Below, one piece after another: positions 27,789 to 38,491 of a stretch of 64,000 bases of DNA. Numbering within the stretch: the stretch's first letter is position 1; each line of letters opens with the position of its first letter. The notes below the pieces were generated by a model. That model made no database searches. It saw nothing but the letters and a program-made list of their open reading frames with translations, and was not told the DNA's origin. The translations under genes and the position numbers were made by a program. Origin of the DNA: Promethearchaeati archaeon (lineage in GTDB: Archaea > Asgardarchaeota > Heimdallarchaeia > Heimdallarchaeales > Heimdallarchaeaceae); NCBI GenBank assembly GCA_013166775.1, contig JABLTJ010000003.1, positions 96,001 to 160,000 on the forward strand, given 5' to 3'.

Positions 27789-30025
27789 ACGAATTGATTC
27801 CCCCTCATACACGAGGTGAATCTGTCTTTGTTGATGATATCCCTGAACCAAAGAACATGCTACACACAGCTGTTTTTGTTTCAGATATTGTTCATGGAAA
27901 AATAAAAAATCTAGATATTAGAATAGCTGTGAAAAGTGAGGGGGTTGTGAAAATTATCACTGCAAAAGATATCCCAGGAGAAAACCAGCTTGGTCGAATC
28001 ATTCAGGATGAAGAGCTTTTAGCAGAGGAAAAAGTAGACTTCATAGGGCATCCTATTGTAGTTGTTTATGCAGAAACAAAGGAACAAGCAAATAGAGCTA
28101 AAGAGTTAATTACTATTGATTATGAGGAACTTCCTGCTATTTTTGATCCCAGAGTTGCTGCGAAAAAGGGTTCGTTAATAGCTCCATCTCGAACCTTTAC
28201 ATTAGGAGATGTTGATTCAATATGGGATAGTTGTGAAACTATCGTTGAAGGAAGAGCTGAGTCAGGAGGACAAGAGCATATCTATATGGAGCCTCAAGGG
28301 AGTTTAGCAATTCCAAGAGAAGATGGTCGAGTGCTACTCTATTCAAGTACTCAGAATCCATCAACTGTTCAAAGCACTGTCGCTAAAATCCTAGGTTTTG
28401 ATATGAACAAAATAGAGGTTGATGTAACAAGACTTGGAGGAGGATTTGGAGGAAAGGAGGATCAAGCAACTGCATGGGCTGCAATTTGTGCTTTAGGAGT
28501 TTATTATACCAGTAGGCCTGTAAAATTAATTCTTGATAGACAAGAGGATATCACAATCACAGGTAAACGTCATCCATATTCCACAGATTATAAAATAGGG
28601 ATTGATAAAGAAGGAAAAATTCTCGCATTTTCAGCGGATTACTATCAAAATTCTGGTGCAGCTGCTGATCTTTCAACAGCTGTACTGGGAAGAACTTTAT
28701 TCCATGTAACAAATGCTTATTTTATTCCTAATGTTCGAGTGACAGCTTATCCGTGTAGGACAAATCTTGTACCTTTTACAGCATTTAGAGGATTTGGAGC
28801 TCCACAAGGAATGTATGTAATAGAATGTGCTCTATCTCATATTGCAGATGAATCAGGAATCCCCATTTCCATTCTACAAGAAAAGAATCTACTAGAGGAT
28901 GGAGATCAATTCCCTTATGGGATGATTACTAAAAACACACATGCGAAAAGAAGTTTTGCAAAAGTTATTCAAGATTCTCAATATGAGCTTTTGAAGAAAG
29001 AAAAAGAGGAATTCAATGCAAAAAGCAAGTTTCTGAAAAAAGGAATCTCTATCATGCCCATCTGCTTTGGAATTTCATTTACATCAACCTTCATGAATCA
29101 AGCTGGAGCGCTTGTGAACGTCTATTATGATGGGAGTGTAAATGTTAGTACAGGAGCTGTTGAGATGGGACAAGGAGTAAATATGAAGATTAAGACAATC
29201 GCAACTCGCTTTCTGTCTATTGACTCAAAACGGATACGCGTTGAAAGTACAAACACTAGTCGAGTCATAAATACTTCACCGACCTCTGCTAGTAGCGGTG
29301 CAGATCTTAACGGCAAAGCAACAGAATTTGCATGTTTGAAAATAATTGAAAGATTAAAGAATCTTGCCAATGAGAAATTGGGTGAAGGAATTATCACAAT
29401 AGAAAACGAAGTAGTTTATCTCGATGGAGTTAAAACAGAATTAGTTTGGGAGGAACTTATTTGGTTAGCATATACAAATCGAGTTAATCTGGCTGCACAG
29501 GCTTTGTATGCAACACCTGGAATCTACTTCGATAATGAAAAAGAAAAAGGAAAACCATTTGCTTATCATGTCTTTGGGGCAGCAGTAATAGAAGTAACTG
29601 TAGATTGCTTGAGGGGAACCTATACTATAGATAAGGCTCATGTAGTCCATGATGCAGGACGAAGTCTGAATTATCTCATAGATTTAGGACAAGTAGAAGG
29701 TGGACTTGTTCAAGGGATAGGATGGATGACTCTAGAAGAATTACAATATGTTGATGGAAAGCTAATTACAGATGCTTTGGCTACCTACAAAGTACCTGAT
29801 GTTCACTTCGCACCAGAAATTAAAGCGACCTTCCTTGAAGATGCAGACAACCCTTATGCAGTTTTAGAATCAAAAGGAATAGGAGAACCACCGTTTATGT
29901 ATGGAATCGGAGCTTATTTTGCCTTGAAAGATGCTGCTCAAGCTTTCAGAAATGATAAAGAATGGGATTATACTGCTCCTTTGACACCAGAAAGAATCTT
30001 ACTCTATCTCCATAACCTGGAATAA
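27785..30025 (+). CDS. xdhB: Xanthine dehydrogenase molybdopterin-binding subunit
   Basis: GGQEHIYME, SSTQNP, RLGGGFGGKE, TAFRGFGAPQG, FGISFT, EMGQG, GQVEGG, SKGIGEPP. Confidence 0.92.
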   Translation: MNELIPPHTRGESVFVDDIPEPKNMLHTAVFVSDIVHGKIKNLDIRIAVKSEGVVKIITAKDIPGENQLGRIIQDEELLAEEKVDFIGHPIVVVYAETKEQANRAKELITIDYEELPAIFDPRVAAKKGSLIAPSRTFTLGDVDSIWDSCETIVEGRAESGGQEHIYMEPQGSLAIPREDGRVLLYSSTQNPSTVQSTVAKILGFDMNKIEVDVTRLGGGFGGKEDQATAWAAICALGVYYTSRPVKLILDRQEDITITGKRHPYSTDYKIGIDKEGKILAFSADYYQNSGAAADLSTAVLGRTLFHVTNAYFIPNVRVTAYPCRTNLVPFTAFRGFGAPQGMYVIECALSHIADESGIPISILQEKNLLEDGDQFPYGMITKNTHAKRSFAKVIQDSQYELLKKEKEEFNAKSKFLKKGISIMPICFGISFTSTFMNQAGALVNVYYDGSVNVSTGAVEMGQGVNMKIKTIATRFLSIDSKRIRVESTNTSRVINTSPTSASSGADLNGKATEFACLKIIERLKNLANEKLGEGIITIENEVVYLDGVKTELVWEELIWLAYTNRVNLAAQALYATPGIYFDNEKEKGKPFAYHVFGAAVIEVTVDCLRGTYTIDKAHVVHDAGRSLNYLIDLGQVEGGLVQGIGWMTLEELQYVDGKLITDALATYKVPDVHFAPEIKATFLEDADNPYAVLESKGIGEPPFMYGIGAYFALKDAAQAFRNDKEWDYTAPLTPERILLYLHNLE

Positions 30026-30051
30026 AATGCAAGAAATATGGTGTATTAATT

Positions 30052-31005
30052 GTGAATGAAGAAGATCTCTGGGAAAAGATAATAACAGAACTTGAAGAAG
30101 GTAAGAATATTGTACTTGTTATTATAATCCATAGAACAGGTTCAGCTCCAAATGTACCAGGAGCAAAGATGCTAGTTATGTCAGATAACGTAATGGGGAC
30201 TGTGGGAGGTGGTATTTCAGAGCATAGATTGCAGGACTGTGCTCGAGTTATACTTTCTAAAGGAAATTTAACTGTTGAAACTCTTCATTTAGATCACAAT
30301 GAAAATGCAACAGAGAATCGTTCTGGAATGATATGCTCTGGATTACAAAAATTTGCTCTGATTCTGTTTAGTAAGGAGCACTTACCAATGGTAAAAGAGA
30401 TCAAGGAGTCTCATACTAGGGCAGTTGCTGGTGTTTTTACAATAAATGAGGAAAGTATCTATTTTGAATCAGGAATCTCGCTCAAAGTAGATAGGATTTA
30501 TTCTGAAGAAGGCACTTCTTGGACTTATAAGGAGAACACAGGTGTTCAAGATAGATTCTTTATAATAGGTGGAGGGCATGTTTCTCTTGCGCTATCACGT
30601 ATTCTAAAAACTCTAAACTTCCATGTTACAATAATTGATGATAGAAATAAATTACCAACAATGATTTCAAATACTTATGCAAATGAGAAGATAGTTGCAT
30701 CATATGATAGCATTACTGAAATTATACCTGAAGGAAAGAATATTTTTGTTGCGATAATGACTTTTGGTCACATATCAGACCAACAAGTACTTGAGAAGAT
30801 TATCACGAAAAAGTGCAAATATATGGGTATGATGGCGAGTTCAAGAAAGAAACAACAGATTTTCAATAACCTTGAGAAAAAAGGTATATCAAAAATCCTT
30901 CTTGATAAAATACATACACCTATTGGAATTAAAATCAAAAGCCACACTCCTGAAGAGATTGCTATTAGTATCGCTGCTGAAATTATTCAAGTAAAGAATT
31001 CATAG
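30052..31005 (+). CDS. xdhC: XdhC/CoxI family Moco insertion chaperone
   Basis: GSAP..PGAKM, GTVGGG, GMICSG, GGGHV, MTFGH..D, PIGI.I.SHTPEEIAISIAAE. Confidence 0.88.
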   Translation: MNEEDLWEKIITELEEGKNIVLVIIIHRTGSAPNVPGAKMLVMSDNVMGTVGGGISEHRLQDCARVILSKGNLTVETLHLDHNENATENRSGMICSGLQKFALILFSKEHLPMVKEIKESHTRAVAGVFTINEESIYFESGISLKVDRIYSEEGTSWTYKENTGVQDRFFIIGGGHVSLALSRILKTLNFHVTIIDDRNKLPTMISNTYANEKIVASYDSITEIIPEGKNIFVAIMTFGHISDQQVLEKIITKKCKYMGMMASSRKKQQIFNNLEKKGISKILLDKIHTPIGIKIKSHTPEEIAISIAAEIIQVKNS

Positions 31006-31148
31006 AAAAATACATTTCTCATTGAACCTGAATAGATACAAATCATAAAACAATGCAGTGTTCTTTAAAGAATTTTATTCATCGCAGTAAACTCTTTAGT
31101 GAATATCCACATAGCATTACTATAATACAAAAGAGTGAGTGACTACAA

Positions 31149-31364
31149 ATGAGTCGAATTGATGCTTTTCAAGACTATATTGATGACACTGAGGAGGATA
31201 AATTAGCAAAAGAGGTACAAGACAGAAGACGATTTGGGATTTCAAAATTCAAAGAGAGTAAGTTTTATGGTTTCTTTATATTTTTATACATAATCTTTTT
31301 ACCAATTATCCTTTTAATCCAAGCTATGTTTTTAATATCATATAGTTTCAGAAGAAGATATTGA
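31149..31364 (+). CDS. Small membrane protein
   Basis: One TM helix plus RRRY tail; weak support. Confidence 0.5.
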   Translation: MSRIDAFQDYIDDTEEDKLAKEVQDRRRFGISKFKESKFYGFFIFLYIIFLPIILLIQAMFLISYSFRRRY

Positions 31365-31484
31365 AGCATGAAAATCAAAAAACTCTAATTAGAAGAGTGT
31401 TTAATTATCAAGATGCTATTGATAGTATAAGAAGTTCATAGACCATTCTAGTAAAAGTTTATAAACACTTAAGGTTACAAAAGA

Positions 31485-33209
31485 TTGTTCAATATGACAT
31501 CTGCTGAAGGCTCATCATCTACAATCATTAGAGAAAGAAAAAGATATGAGAAATTAGGATTTGCTCTAAATAAAGCAGGAAGCATTAGTACTTGGTTGAA
31601 GGTTTTATTTGCTACAACGCTTATTTTAGGATTACCAACACTTCCTTTGTTGTCAGATCCCTTAAAAGATGGGACTACAACACTTTATCAAATTGTTATT
31701 TTCGGCTTTAGAGTTCTATTGATTGCAATGATTATCTTTCTTGCACTGAAGATAACTTCTCAAGTATACACAGCTAAGAATGATTTTGATATAAAATTAG
31801 CGGAAATTGGTTTCAAAGATCCAAATGCAAATACTAAGGAAGAAAATAGGCTCGTTAATAGAAATGTAGTATTTACAGTGATGAAAATACTTATCTTAGT
31901 AGCCTCAGGACTAGGTGTGTTCCTAGCAGGATCAAGAGATAATTATGGATATATCATCGGGCAAGAGGTAGTATATATTGTCCTTATCTCCGGATTAGTT
32001 TTCACAATTAAATTCTGGAGTTCTAAAGATCCTAAATACTCTCCAAGGATGGGTGGGAGAAATTTAATACTGGTTTTTCTCCCTTTGATATATCTTTTTG
32101 GATTTGAGATTATTATCGATTTCTTCTCTGTGCTAAGCGAACCTAGATTTCATTTTAATACACTTCAAATCACTTGGGGTCTAATGTACCCCTTCATGTT
32201 CATTTTCATCCTTATAGCTGTTTTAATAAGCTCAAAGAAAACAATTAGAGAAAAAATCACAATGCAGGATGCAAGACTTGCTGAATTTAAGAGAAGAGAA
32301 TCACTGCTAGAAGACAAAGGCTTTTTTGCCCAGTTTAAATATAGTACAAAGACTAATTGGAATGAATTCTCGCAGATCTTTTTCAGGAGAGAATCAGCTG
32401 AAAAGAGAGATATTGATAAAAAACCTAACGAAATTCTAGTTAAGAGTATCTGGATCTCTTTATTTGCTATATTCATCCCATTTGGACTTATCCTACCATG
32501 GAATCTCTTCCCACATGATGGGCTTTTGGTTATTGCAGCCTTGATAGTTGGCTATCAATATTCAATGATAAAATATGATCGCGAAGAAATCGATGTATTA
32601 TCTGAACCTGAAAAGAATGAGGAAATAGATCCTCCTGAGATTAGAACTAACAGTATGGCAATAAATACTACAAGGTTGATTCTTTTACCAACAATTGTTT
32701 TCGTAGTAACTCAATATCTAATAAGTGGAATAATATCAAATCCTTTAGCTGTAGTAGGTTTCACATGGATTTCTTTGCTTCTTGTAATACCGATTTCAAT
32801 TCAATTAATCACTTATATCAATGCAAATACAAAGAATAACAGAACACTTGAGAATATAAGAATGCATAGAAATTTAATGGTTATACTAGCTCTAGTTCAG
32901 CTTGTCTTTCTGGTAGGTTCTGTAATAGGAAGATATATGGGTAAAGAAATGGGATTGGAATTCTTTCTCCCTACTATTGCTATCATTATGCAAGCAGTGC
33001 TGCTTCTTGTTCTACTAATTGTACCAATAGTCTATCAATATATTCTACCTAAACTAGATGACAAGCAATTTAAGATTGTCAGAATTGTTTTTTATCTTCT
33101 AATTGCAATACTAAATGTATTAATTATTGCATGGTTTATCGTTGATATCCTAAGTACTTTTGGAATATTAACTTCCGATTTCTACAATAATTTCTTCAAA
33201 CCACTATAG
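31485..33209 (+). CDS. Multi-pass membrane protein of unknown function
   Basis: More than 10 hydrophobic segments; no motif recognised. Confidence 0.75.
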   Translation: MFNMTSAEGSSSTIIRERKRYEKLGFALNKAGSISTWLKVLFATTLILGLPTLPLLSDPLKDGTTTLYQIVIFGFRVLLIAMIIFLALKITSQVYTAKNDFDIKLAEIGFKDPNANTKEENRLVNRNVVFTVMKILILVASGLGVFLAGSRDNYGYIIGQEVVYIVLISGLVFTIKFWSSKDPKYSPRMGGRNLILVFLPLIYLFGFEIIIDFFSVLSEPRFHFNTLQITWGLMYPFMFIFILIAVLISSKKTIREKITMQDARLAEFKRRESLLEDKGFFAQFKYSTKTNWNEFSQIFFRRESAEKRDIDKKPNEILVKSIWISLFAIFIPFGLILPWNLFPHDGLLVIAALIVGYQYSMIKYDREEIDVLSEPEKNEEIDPPEIRTNSMAINTTRLILLPTIVFVVTQYLISGIISNPLAVVGFTWISLLLVIPISIQLITYINANTKNNRTLENIRMHRNLMVILALVQLVFLVGSVIGRYMGKEMGLEFFLPTIAIIMQAVLLLVLLIVPIVYQYILPKLDDKQFKIVRIVFYLLIAILNVLIIAWFIVDILSTFGILTSDFYNNFFKPL

Positions 33210-33262
33210 GATGAAACCATCCTTCTTTTTTATATATTTTCTCTTCGGATTAGCTGCACATA

Positions 33263-34231
33263 TTAAAGACCAATATATGTACTAGCCTTCTTAACTGGTC
33301 CTTCAGAGGTAGAATCAGCGTAATAATGGAATAAACCAGATTTGTTTGTTACACCAACACATTTACCTGATTTATCCATTGATAGAATGTGAAGCACTCC
33401 TTCCTCATTCAAATCCTTTAGCTCTAAAATACCCATTTCTGCAGCTTTTTCTATTGCTATTTTTTGATGAACTCTTTCCACAACCATTCTTGAAGTGCAT
33501 AATCTGATTGCAAGTTCACCTGTGCCTGTGCAAGCACTTCCTACTTTACTAGAACAATAAATACCCGCACCAAAAATAGGTGAGTCACCGACTCTTCCAG
33601 GAAATTTCATTGCTAAACCTGAAGTCGAAACTCCTGTAGCTAATTCTCCATCTTGATCTAATGCAATTACATTGGTGGTCCCATGCTTATCAAAACTTAG
33701 CTTTCTGTACCATTCCTTCACAGGATATTCTTCCATTACTTCTTTAAGATGAACATCAAAGTGCATGAAGAGCTCTCTAACTAGTTTTTGTGCTTCAGGT
33801 GGTATATCCAAGCTTTTACCTTCCATTATATTATGATAGTTTCTTATACCCAATTCGTCTAATATTTCTTCTTCCTGAAATCCCAAAGCTTTTGCAAATC
33901 TTTCAGCTCCATCTCCAACTAACATAGCGTGAGGTGTTAGTTCCATGACTTTTCTTGCAATGGAAATTGGATTACGATAATTTTTTACTGCTGCTACTGC
34001 ACCAGCTTTACGTGTTTTTCCTTCCATAATAGACGCATCTAATTCTACTATCCCCATTAAATTTGGAAAACCATTGAATCCCACTGTAATATCAAAAGGA
34101 TTGTTTTCAATAAGTTTGATACTTTCTTCGACAGCATCTAGAGCTGATCCTCCTTTTGCTAAGATTTCAAGTCCTTTAGGGAGACCTATAATAGAATTTC
34201 TTGTCCCGCAGATTGCATAATCTACATTCAT
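33263..34231 (-). CDS. Ntn-hydrolase, isoaspartyl peptidase / glycosylasparaginase family
   Basis: GGSALDAVE, ELDASIMEG, HG|TT nucleophile site, STSG, GRVGDSP, TGTGE. Confidence 0.9.
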   Translation of the reverse strand: MNVDYAICGTRNSIIGLPKGLEILAKGGSALDAVEESIKLIENNPFDITVGFNGFPNLMGIVELDASIMEGKTRKAGAVAAVKNYRNPISIARKVMELTPHAMLVGDGAERFAKALGFQEEEILDELGIRNYHNIMEGKSLDIPPEAQKLVRELFMHFDVHLKEVMEEYPVKEWYRKLSFDKHGTTNVIALDQDGELATGVSTSGLAMKFPGRVGDSPIFGAGIYCSSKVGSACTGTGELAIRLCTSRMVVERVHQKIAIEKAAEMGILELKDLNEEGVLHILSMDKSGKCVGVTNKSGLFHYYADSTSEGPVKKASTYIGL

Positions 34232-34291
34232 TGAGTTTTTAAATAAAGAATAAATAAAAGCATATCCTATACAACATATTAATCAAATCTC

Positions 34292-35311
34292 TTGAAAATC
34301 CAAAAGCTTCAGGAATTAACAAAGATGAAGAAGTCTGATATACTAGGTTATTCTGCTGCTATTCTAGGAGGATTTTCTTTTGGTATAATTCCTGTTATTT
34401 CTGGAGTATTAAGAAATTTAGATGCATCTAGTGTTGAACAATCCGTTTTACGTTTGTTTTTTGGTGCTATGATAGCTTTCGGTATTATCTTATTTTTCCT
34501 TTTCAGAAAGAAGGAAGAAATTAGAGTGTGTCTTTCTTGGAAACCTCAGCTTTCTTTCATTCTCCAAGGAGGAATTCTTGCTATAATGATAGTATTATAT
34601 CTTTCCTCAATTTCTCTTTATACACCTGCGGGTGAAGCAGCAATTTTGATTCAAATCCATCCTGTATTTACTTTACTTCTTGGATGGATTTTCCTTAAAG
34701 AAACAATCACAAAATCAAAGTTAGTTTCAATTGCTTTAGCATTGTCCGGAATTGTCGTATTAACTCAACCATGGCAGTGGTCTTCTTTCATGTCTTCAGT
34801 TGTAGGAGATTCTCTTGCTATGTTTCTAGGTGTTTTATATGCAGTATACCTTCTCATCAATAGGTGGGCTTCTGAACATACAAAGAATGCATCCTTTTTA
34901 TTGTTAATTGCATGGGTTTTATTATGGGCAGTAATCATTGGTTTACCGATGTTATTATTGCTCTCTGTCTTTCCTTTACCTACTGAAATAATAGGTTTCT
35001 CATTTACTGGAATTTTGACTCCAAAGATTCTTGGATATGGGTTTCTACTTGCATTTTTTGGGAGTCTTATCCCGTATAGCTTAATTATGATTGCAACTAG
35101 ATACATTGAATCATCAAAGGCATCACTTTTACTTTTAACAGAGCCAATAGGTGCAGTTGCTCTAGCTGCTATAATCCTAAAGGAAACTATAACAATTTGG
35201 TATATAGTTGGGGGACTAGCAATAATAGCAGCTGCTTGTATAACAATTCTAACTTCAATAAAAGAGTCAAAAATAAATTCCGTAGAAGAACTACCAAATA
35301 ACTCTAAATGA
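34292..35311 (+). CDS. EamA/DMT family transporter
   Basis: About 10 TM in two repeats; HPVFT..LGWIFLKE and EPIGA..LAAIILKE. Confidence 0.88.
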   Translation: MKIQKLQELTKMKKSDILGYSAAILGGFSFGIIPVISGVLRNLDASSVEQSVLRLFFGAMIAFGIILFFLFRKKEEIRVCLSWKPQLSFILQGGILAIMIVLYLSSISLYTPAGEAAILIQIHPVFTLLLGWIFLKETITKSKLVSIALALSGIVVLTQPWQWSSFMSSVVGDSLAMFLGVLYAVYLLINRWASEHTKNASFLLLIAWVLLWAVIIGLPMLLLLSVFPLPTEIIGFSFTGILTPKILGYGFLLAFFGSLIPYSLIMIATRYIESSKASLLLLTEPIGAVALAAIILKETITIWYIVGGLAIIAAACITILTSIKESKINSVEELPNNSK

Positions 35312-35349
35312 AAGTTATGAAAAAGGTTTTAGGAAGTTAATTCTGAAAG

Positions 35350-36387
35350 TTACTTCCTTTTTCTAAGATTAAGTGTTAAACAAATGATTGCAGGTATTGC
35401 AGATAAAATGAAAACAATATGAGATTTGGAGTATTCCTCAATGTAAGGTATTCCAGTTGAGTTAGATAAGAAGTAGTTTACTAAATTATCAATAAACATT
35501 TGTCCGTAATGAATACCTCCATTATATATACCACTTATAGTATACTGGTCATACATATTCATGTATTCAGCAAAAATAACTTCACCTGCTAGTATAATAT
35601 AGCTAGTATTTTTACCAATATTGAGTATTTCGCAAACCACAGCTGGATAATTCCCGTTCTCTAGAGCAGTAAGATTATCTTTAGAATACAGATCATATTC
35701 AGTCATACTAAAATCAGTATCAACTGCCGTAGCATTCACACTGTAAGAAAGCAGGATCTCTACTCCTTCTAGAGTATTATTTCGTAAATCTACAACAGTA
35801 GAATCATTATATCCAACAATTGCACAAGGAGCATGCATTGAAATTCCAGCATCACAATTTTGTTTAAGAATATCTCCGATAGTTCCATTTCCATAATTCA
35901 CTGCAAATATTCTCCAATTTTCGCCATCATTGATAACATCATCATATATAGAAGTAGAATCCATACGTATTTTCAATCCTAAAAAAACAAGTAAATCATT
36001 AACAAAATCTGGTTGATAGTAACCTCCATAATCCGAGTCTCCTCCAATAAAGAGAGTTTTGTTACCTTTTGATAAGAATTCTAAAATAGAAGACATTTCT
36101 TGAACTGTATAACCACTATCGGGTTGGGAAATAAAAAGAGCATCCATCCTTTCAGGAAGCTCAAAACTTTCATTAGCAATTATGACTTCATTATATGCAT
36201 CAGTTAGATTTCCTATAAAATCATCAAACTCAGTATGATATGCAGTTCTGCTTATATCCATTACTACTGTAGTTCCAACAACTGTTATCTCAGTAAAATA
36301 AGCTTCAGATAGAGTTCCTTTGCAAGATATCAGAATTAAACTTATGCACAGCAATGTGATTAGCTCAATTTTACAATTAGAAAACAT
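35350..36387 (-). CDS. Secreted/surface protein (DUF4350/GATase-like fold suspected) with a C-terminal TM + basic tail
   Basis: Signal peptide, LFISQP, LFIGGDSDY; ends IVFILSAIPAIICLTLNLRKRK. Confidence 0.7.
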   Translation of the reverse strand: MFSNCKIELITLLCISLILISCKGTLSEAYFTEITVVGTTVVMDISRTAYHTEFDDFIGNLTDAYNEVIIANESFELPERMDALFISQPDSGYTVQEMSSILEFLSKGNKTLFIGGDSDYGGYYQPDFVNDLLVFLGLKIRMDSTSIYDDVINDGENWRIFAVNYGNGTIGDILKQNCDAGISMHAPCAIVGYNDSTVVDLRNNTLEGVEILLSYSVNATAVDTDFSMTEYDLYSKDNLTALENGNYPAVVCEILNIGKNTSYIILAGEVIFAEYMNMYDQYTISGIYNGGIHYGQMFIDNLVNYFLSNSTGIPYIEEYSKSHIVFILSAIPAIICLTLNLRKRK

Positions 36388-36506
36388 TGATATTTCTTTA
36401 ATTGTAAATATTTAAGTCTTCTTCAGAACAATGAATCCGAAGCTAGAAGTTCGAAAATAAAATGAAAACATAATTTTAAGAATGCATCTGTTACAATTAA
36501 ATCAGA

Positions 36507-37283
36507 ATGTCTGAACTAATGGTTCAAACTACACAATTATCAAAGTATTTCAAAACTGTACTAGCAGTAAACAAGATTGATTTGGAAATCCCAAAAGGAT
36601 CAATTTATGCTCTTTTGGGACCGAATGGAGCGGGAAAAACAACAACCATCAGGATGCTCTTAGGATTACTTAAACCAACTGAAGGACAGATTCTTGTTAA
36701 CGGAATTGATGTTTCTTCGAATCCCAAAGAAATACGTGGGAAGATAGGATTACTTCCTCAATTCTCAGCAGCTTATTATGATCTCACTTCAATGCAGAAC
36801 ATCAAATTTAATCTTGAACTAAACGATATTAAAATGGAAACAGTTCAACCTGCTTTATCTGATTTCTTCAATAGATTGGAGATAACTCAAGAATTGCTCA
36901 ACAAACCTTTCTCCAAACTTTCTGGTGGAGAACAAAGAGCCATTTGTTTCATTATGTCAGCAATCACAGATAAAGATTTTCTGATTTTGGATGAACCAAC
37001 AAGTGGACTGGACATTGCAAGAGCTAAATATATCAGATCAATAATCAAAGATCTTTCAGAAGTACAAGGGAAAACTATTCTTCTATCATCACACATAGTT
37101 TCTGATTTAGAAGAATTAGCAGAATATTGTGGAATTCTTGTAAAAGGTAAGTTAGTCTTTCAAGGTAAGAGAGATGAAATAATTGAAAAATATGCTCCCG
37201 AAACCAAGGATTTTGAAGATGCCATAGTTCGCGTATTTAATTCAAAGAAGAATGATGTGAAAACGCCTTTAGGAGGGATTTGA
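36507..37283 (+). CDS. ABC-2 type transporter ATP-binding protein
   Basis: GPNGAGKTT, LSGGE, LDEPTSGLD, SSH. Confidence 0.92.
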   Translation: MSELMVQTTQLSKYFKTVLAVNKIDLEIPKGSIYALLGPNGAGKTTTIRMLLGLLKPTEGQILVNGIDVSSNPKEIRGKIGLLPQFSAAYYDLTSMQNIKFNLELNDIKMETVQPALSDFFNRLEITQELLNKPFSKLSGGEQRAICFIMSAITDKDFLILDEPTSGLDIARAKYIRSIIKDLSEVQGKTILLSSHIVSDLEELAEYCGILVKGKLVFQGKRDEIIEKYAPETKDFEDAIVRVFNSKKNDVKTPLGGI

Positions 37284-38486
37284 ATGGCAAAGTCTAATAT
37301 ATCAACTAAGCAATTTCGAGCGATTCTAAAAAAAGACCTTTCCATGTTATTTAGAAAAAGGGTTGCTATCTTTGTCTTTGGAGGACCTTTCATTATGATG
37401 TTTATTCTCTTAGGGTTGCCTTCACTTTTTACTTCACAACAAGCGATAACTCTACTTGTATTCAGTGATGATCTAGGATATACAGGAGTGAACATAGGTG
37501 ATGCCATAATTGGTAACATTAGTTTATATTATGAAAATGATGACACAATAACAGTTGAGGAAGCAGATAATTTTACAGAAGTTCAGCAAACTAGAGCACT
37601 TGGTACATATATACCTTCTAACTTCTCAGAATTATCGTTTACTGGTTCCCCTTCTATTTATACAATAGATGCTACTCAGTCGCTCTTTACCTCATCTCTT
37701 TTTACAGAGATATATACGATTGCTTCAAAAGTAATGAGTAATTTTGTAGCAAATAGATCAATCCCGAATATTCAGAGCATTCAACTCCCTCCAACAGCTT
37801 TAGCTGAAGAAGAAATACTAGGACCAAAAGCTGCAGCAGTTGCAATGCCTCTGAGTTATATGATTTTTCTCTTAATAGCACTTAATTCAGGTTCATATTC
37901 AATAATTGGTTTTGCACGAGAAAAAAGAATGAGAACAATGGAAATACTGTTAGCTTATACTCATAAACATAGTTTATTGGTTATCTCGAAAGTTATCACT
38001 GGTCTTGTAGCCTCTCTGGGATCAACGCTTTCATATGTTTTAGGAATTCTAGTTGGTACTAGTCTTTCAGGAGACGCAACAGGAGATCTCTTTGATATAT
38101 TCGGTTTAAATTTCAAAACTTTGGGAGGAGGTGCAATTGTATTAAGCTTCATATTTGTTGTTTTAGCACTTCTTATTTCTACTTTAATTACTATGGCAGT
38201 GGACACAAACATGGCTAGAGAAGCAGCTGAAAGAATCAGTCCGTTAGTTTCAATTGGACTTGCGATGTTCTTCTATTTCATAGTATTAACTAGTCCTCTT
38301 ACAGTTTCAACGATACTCCTTATCAATCCCTTTTACTGGTGCTATAGGCTGTGTTTACTTTTGGTAGCTGGTAAATTCACTACTGAGGTGTTAATCTACT
38401 TCTTACTGATTGCAGGCTTAATTTTCATTCTTATACAACTAGCAACAAGAGGAATACAAAAAGAAAAGAGTTTGTATCTAGAGTAA
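37284..38486 (+). CDS. ABC-2 type transporter permease (NatB-like)
   Basis: N-terminal TM, extracellular domain, AREKRMRTMEILL, SKVI; adjacent to the ATPase. Confidence 0.85.
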   Translation: MAKSNISTKQFRAILKKDLSMLFRKRVAIFVFGGPFIMMFILLGLPSLFTSQQAITLLVFSDDLGYTGVNIGDAIIGNISLYYENDDTITVEEADNFTEVQQTRALGTYIPSNFSELSFTGSPSIYTIDATQSLFTSSLFTEIYTIASKVMSNFVANRSIPNIQSIQLPPTALAEEEILGPKAAAVAMPLSYMIFLLIALNSGSYSIIGFAREKRMRTMEILLAYTHKHSLLVISKVITGLVASLGSTLSYVLGILVGTSLSGDATGDLFDIFGLNFKTLGGGAIVLSFIFVVLALLISTLITMAVDTNMAREAAERISPLVSIGLAMFFYFIVLTSPLTVSTILLINPFYWCYRLCLLLVAGKFTTEVLIYFLLIAGLIFILIQLATRGIQKEKSLYLE

Positions 38487-38491
38487 GATTC

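Noticed and set aside
1615-31005. tRNA-anchored genomic island or provirus
   Set aside because: No integrase and no second copy of the tRNA 3' end noticed; the tRNA 3' end faces away from the purine cluster
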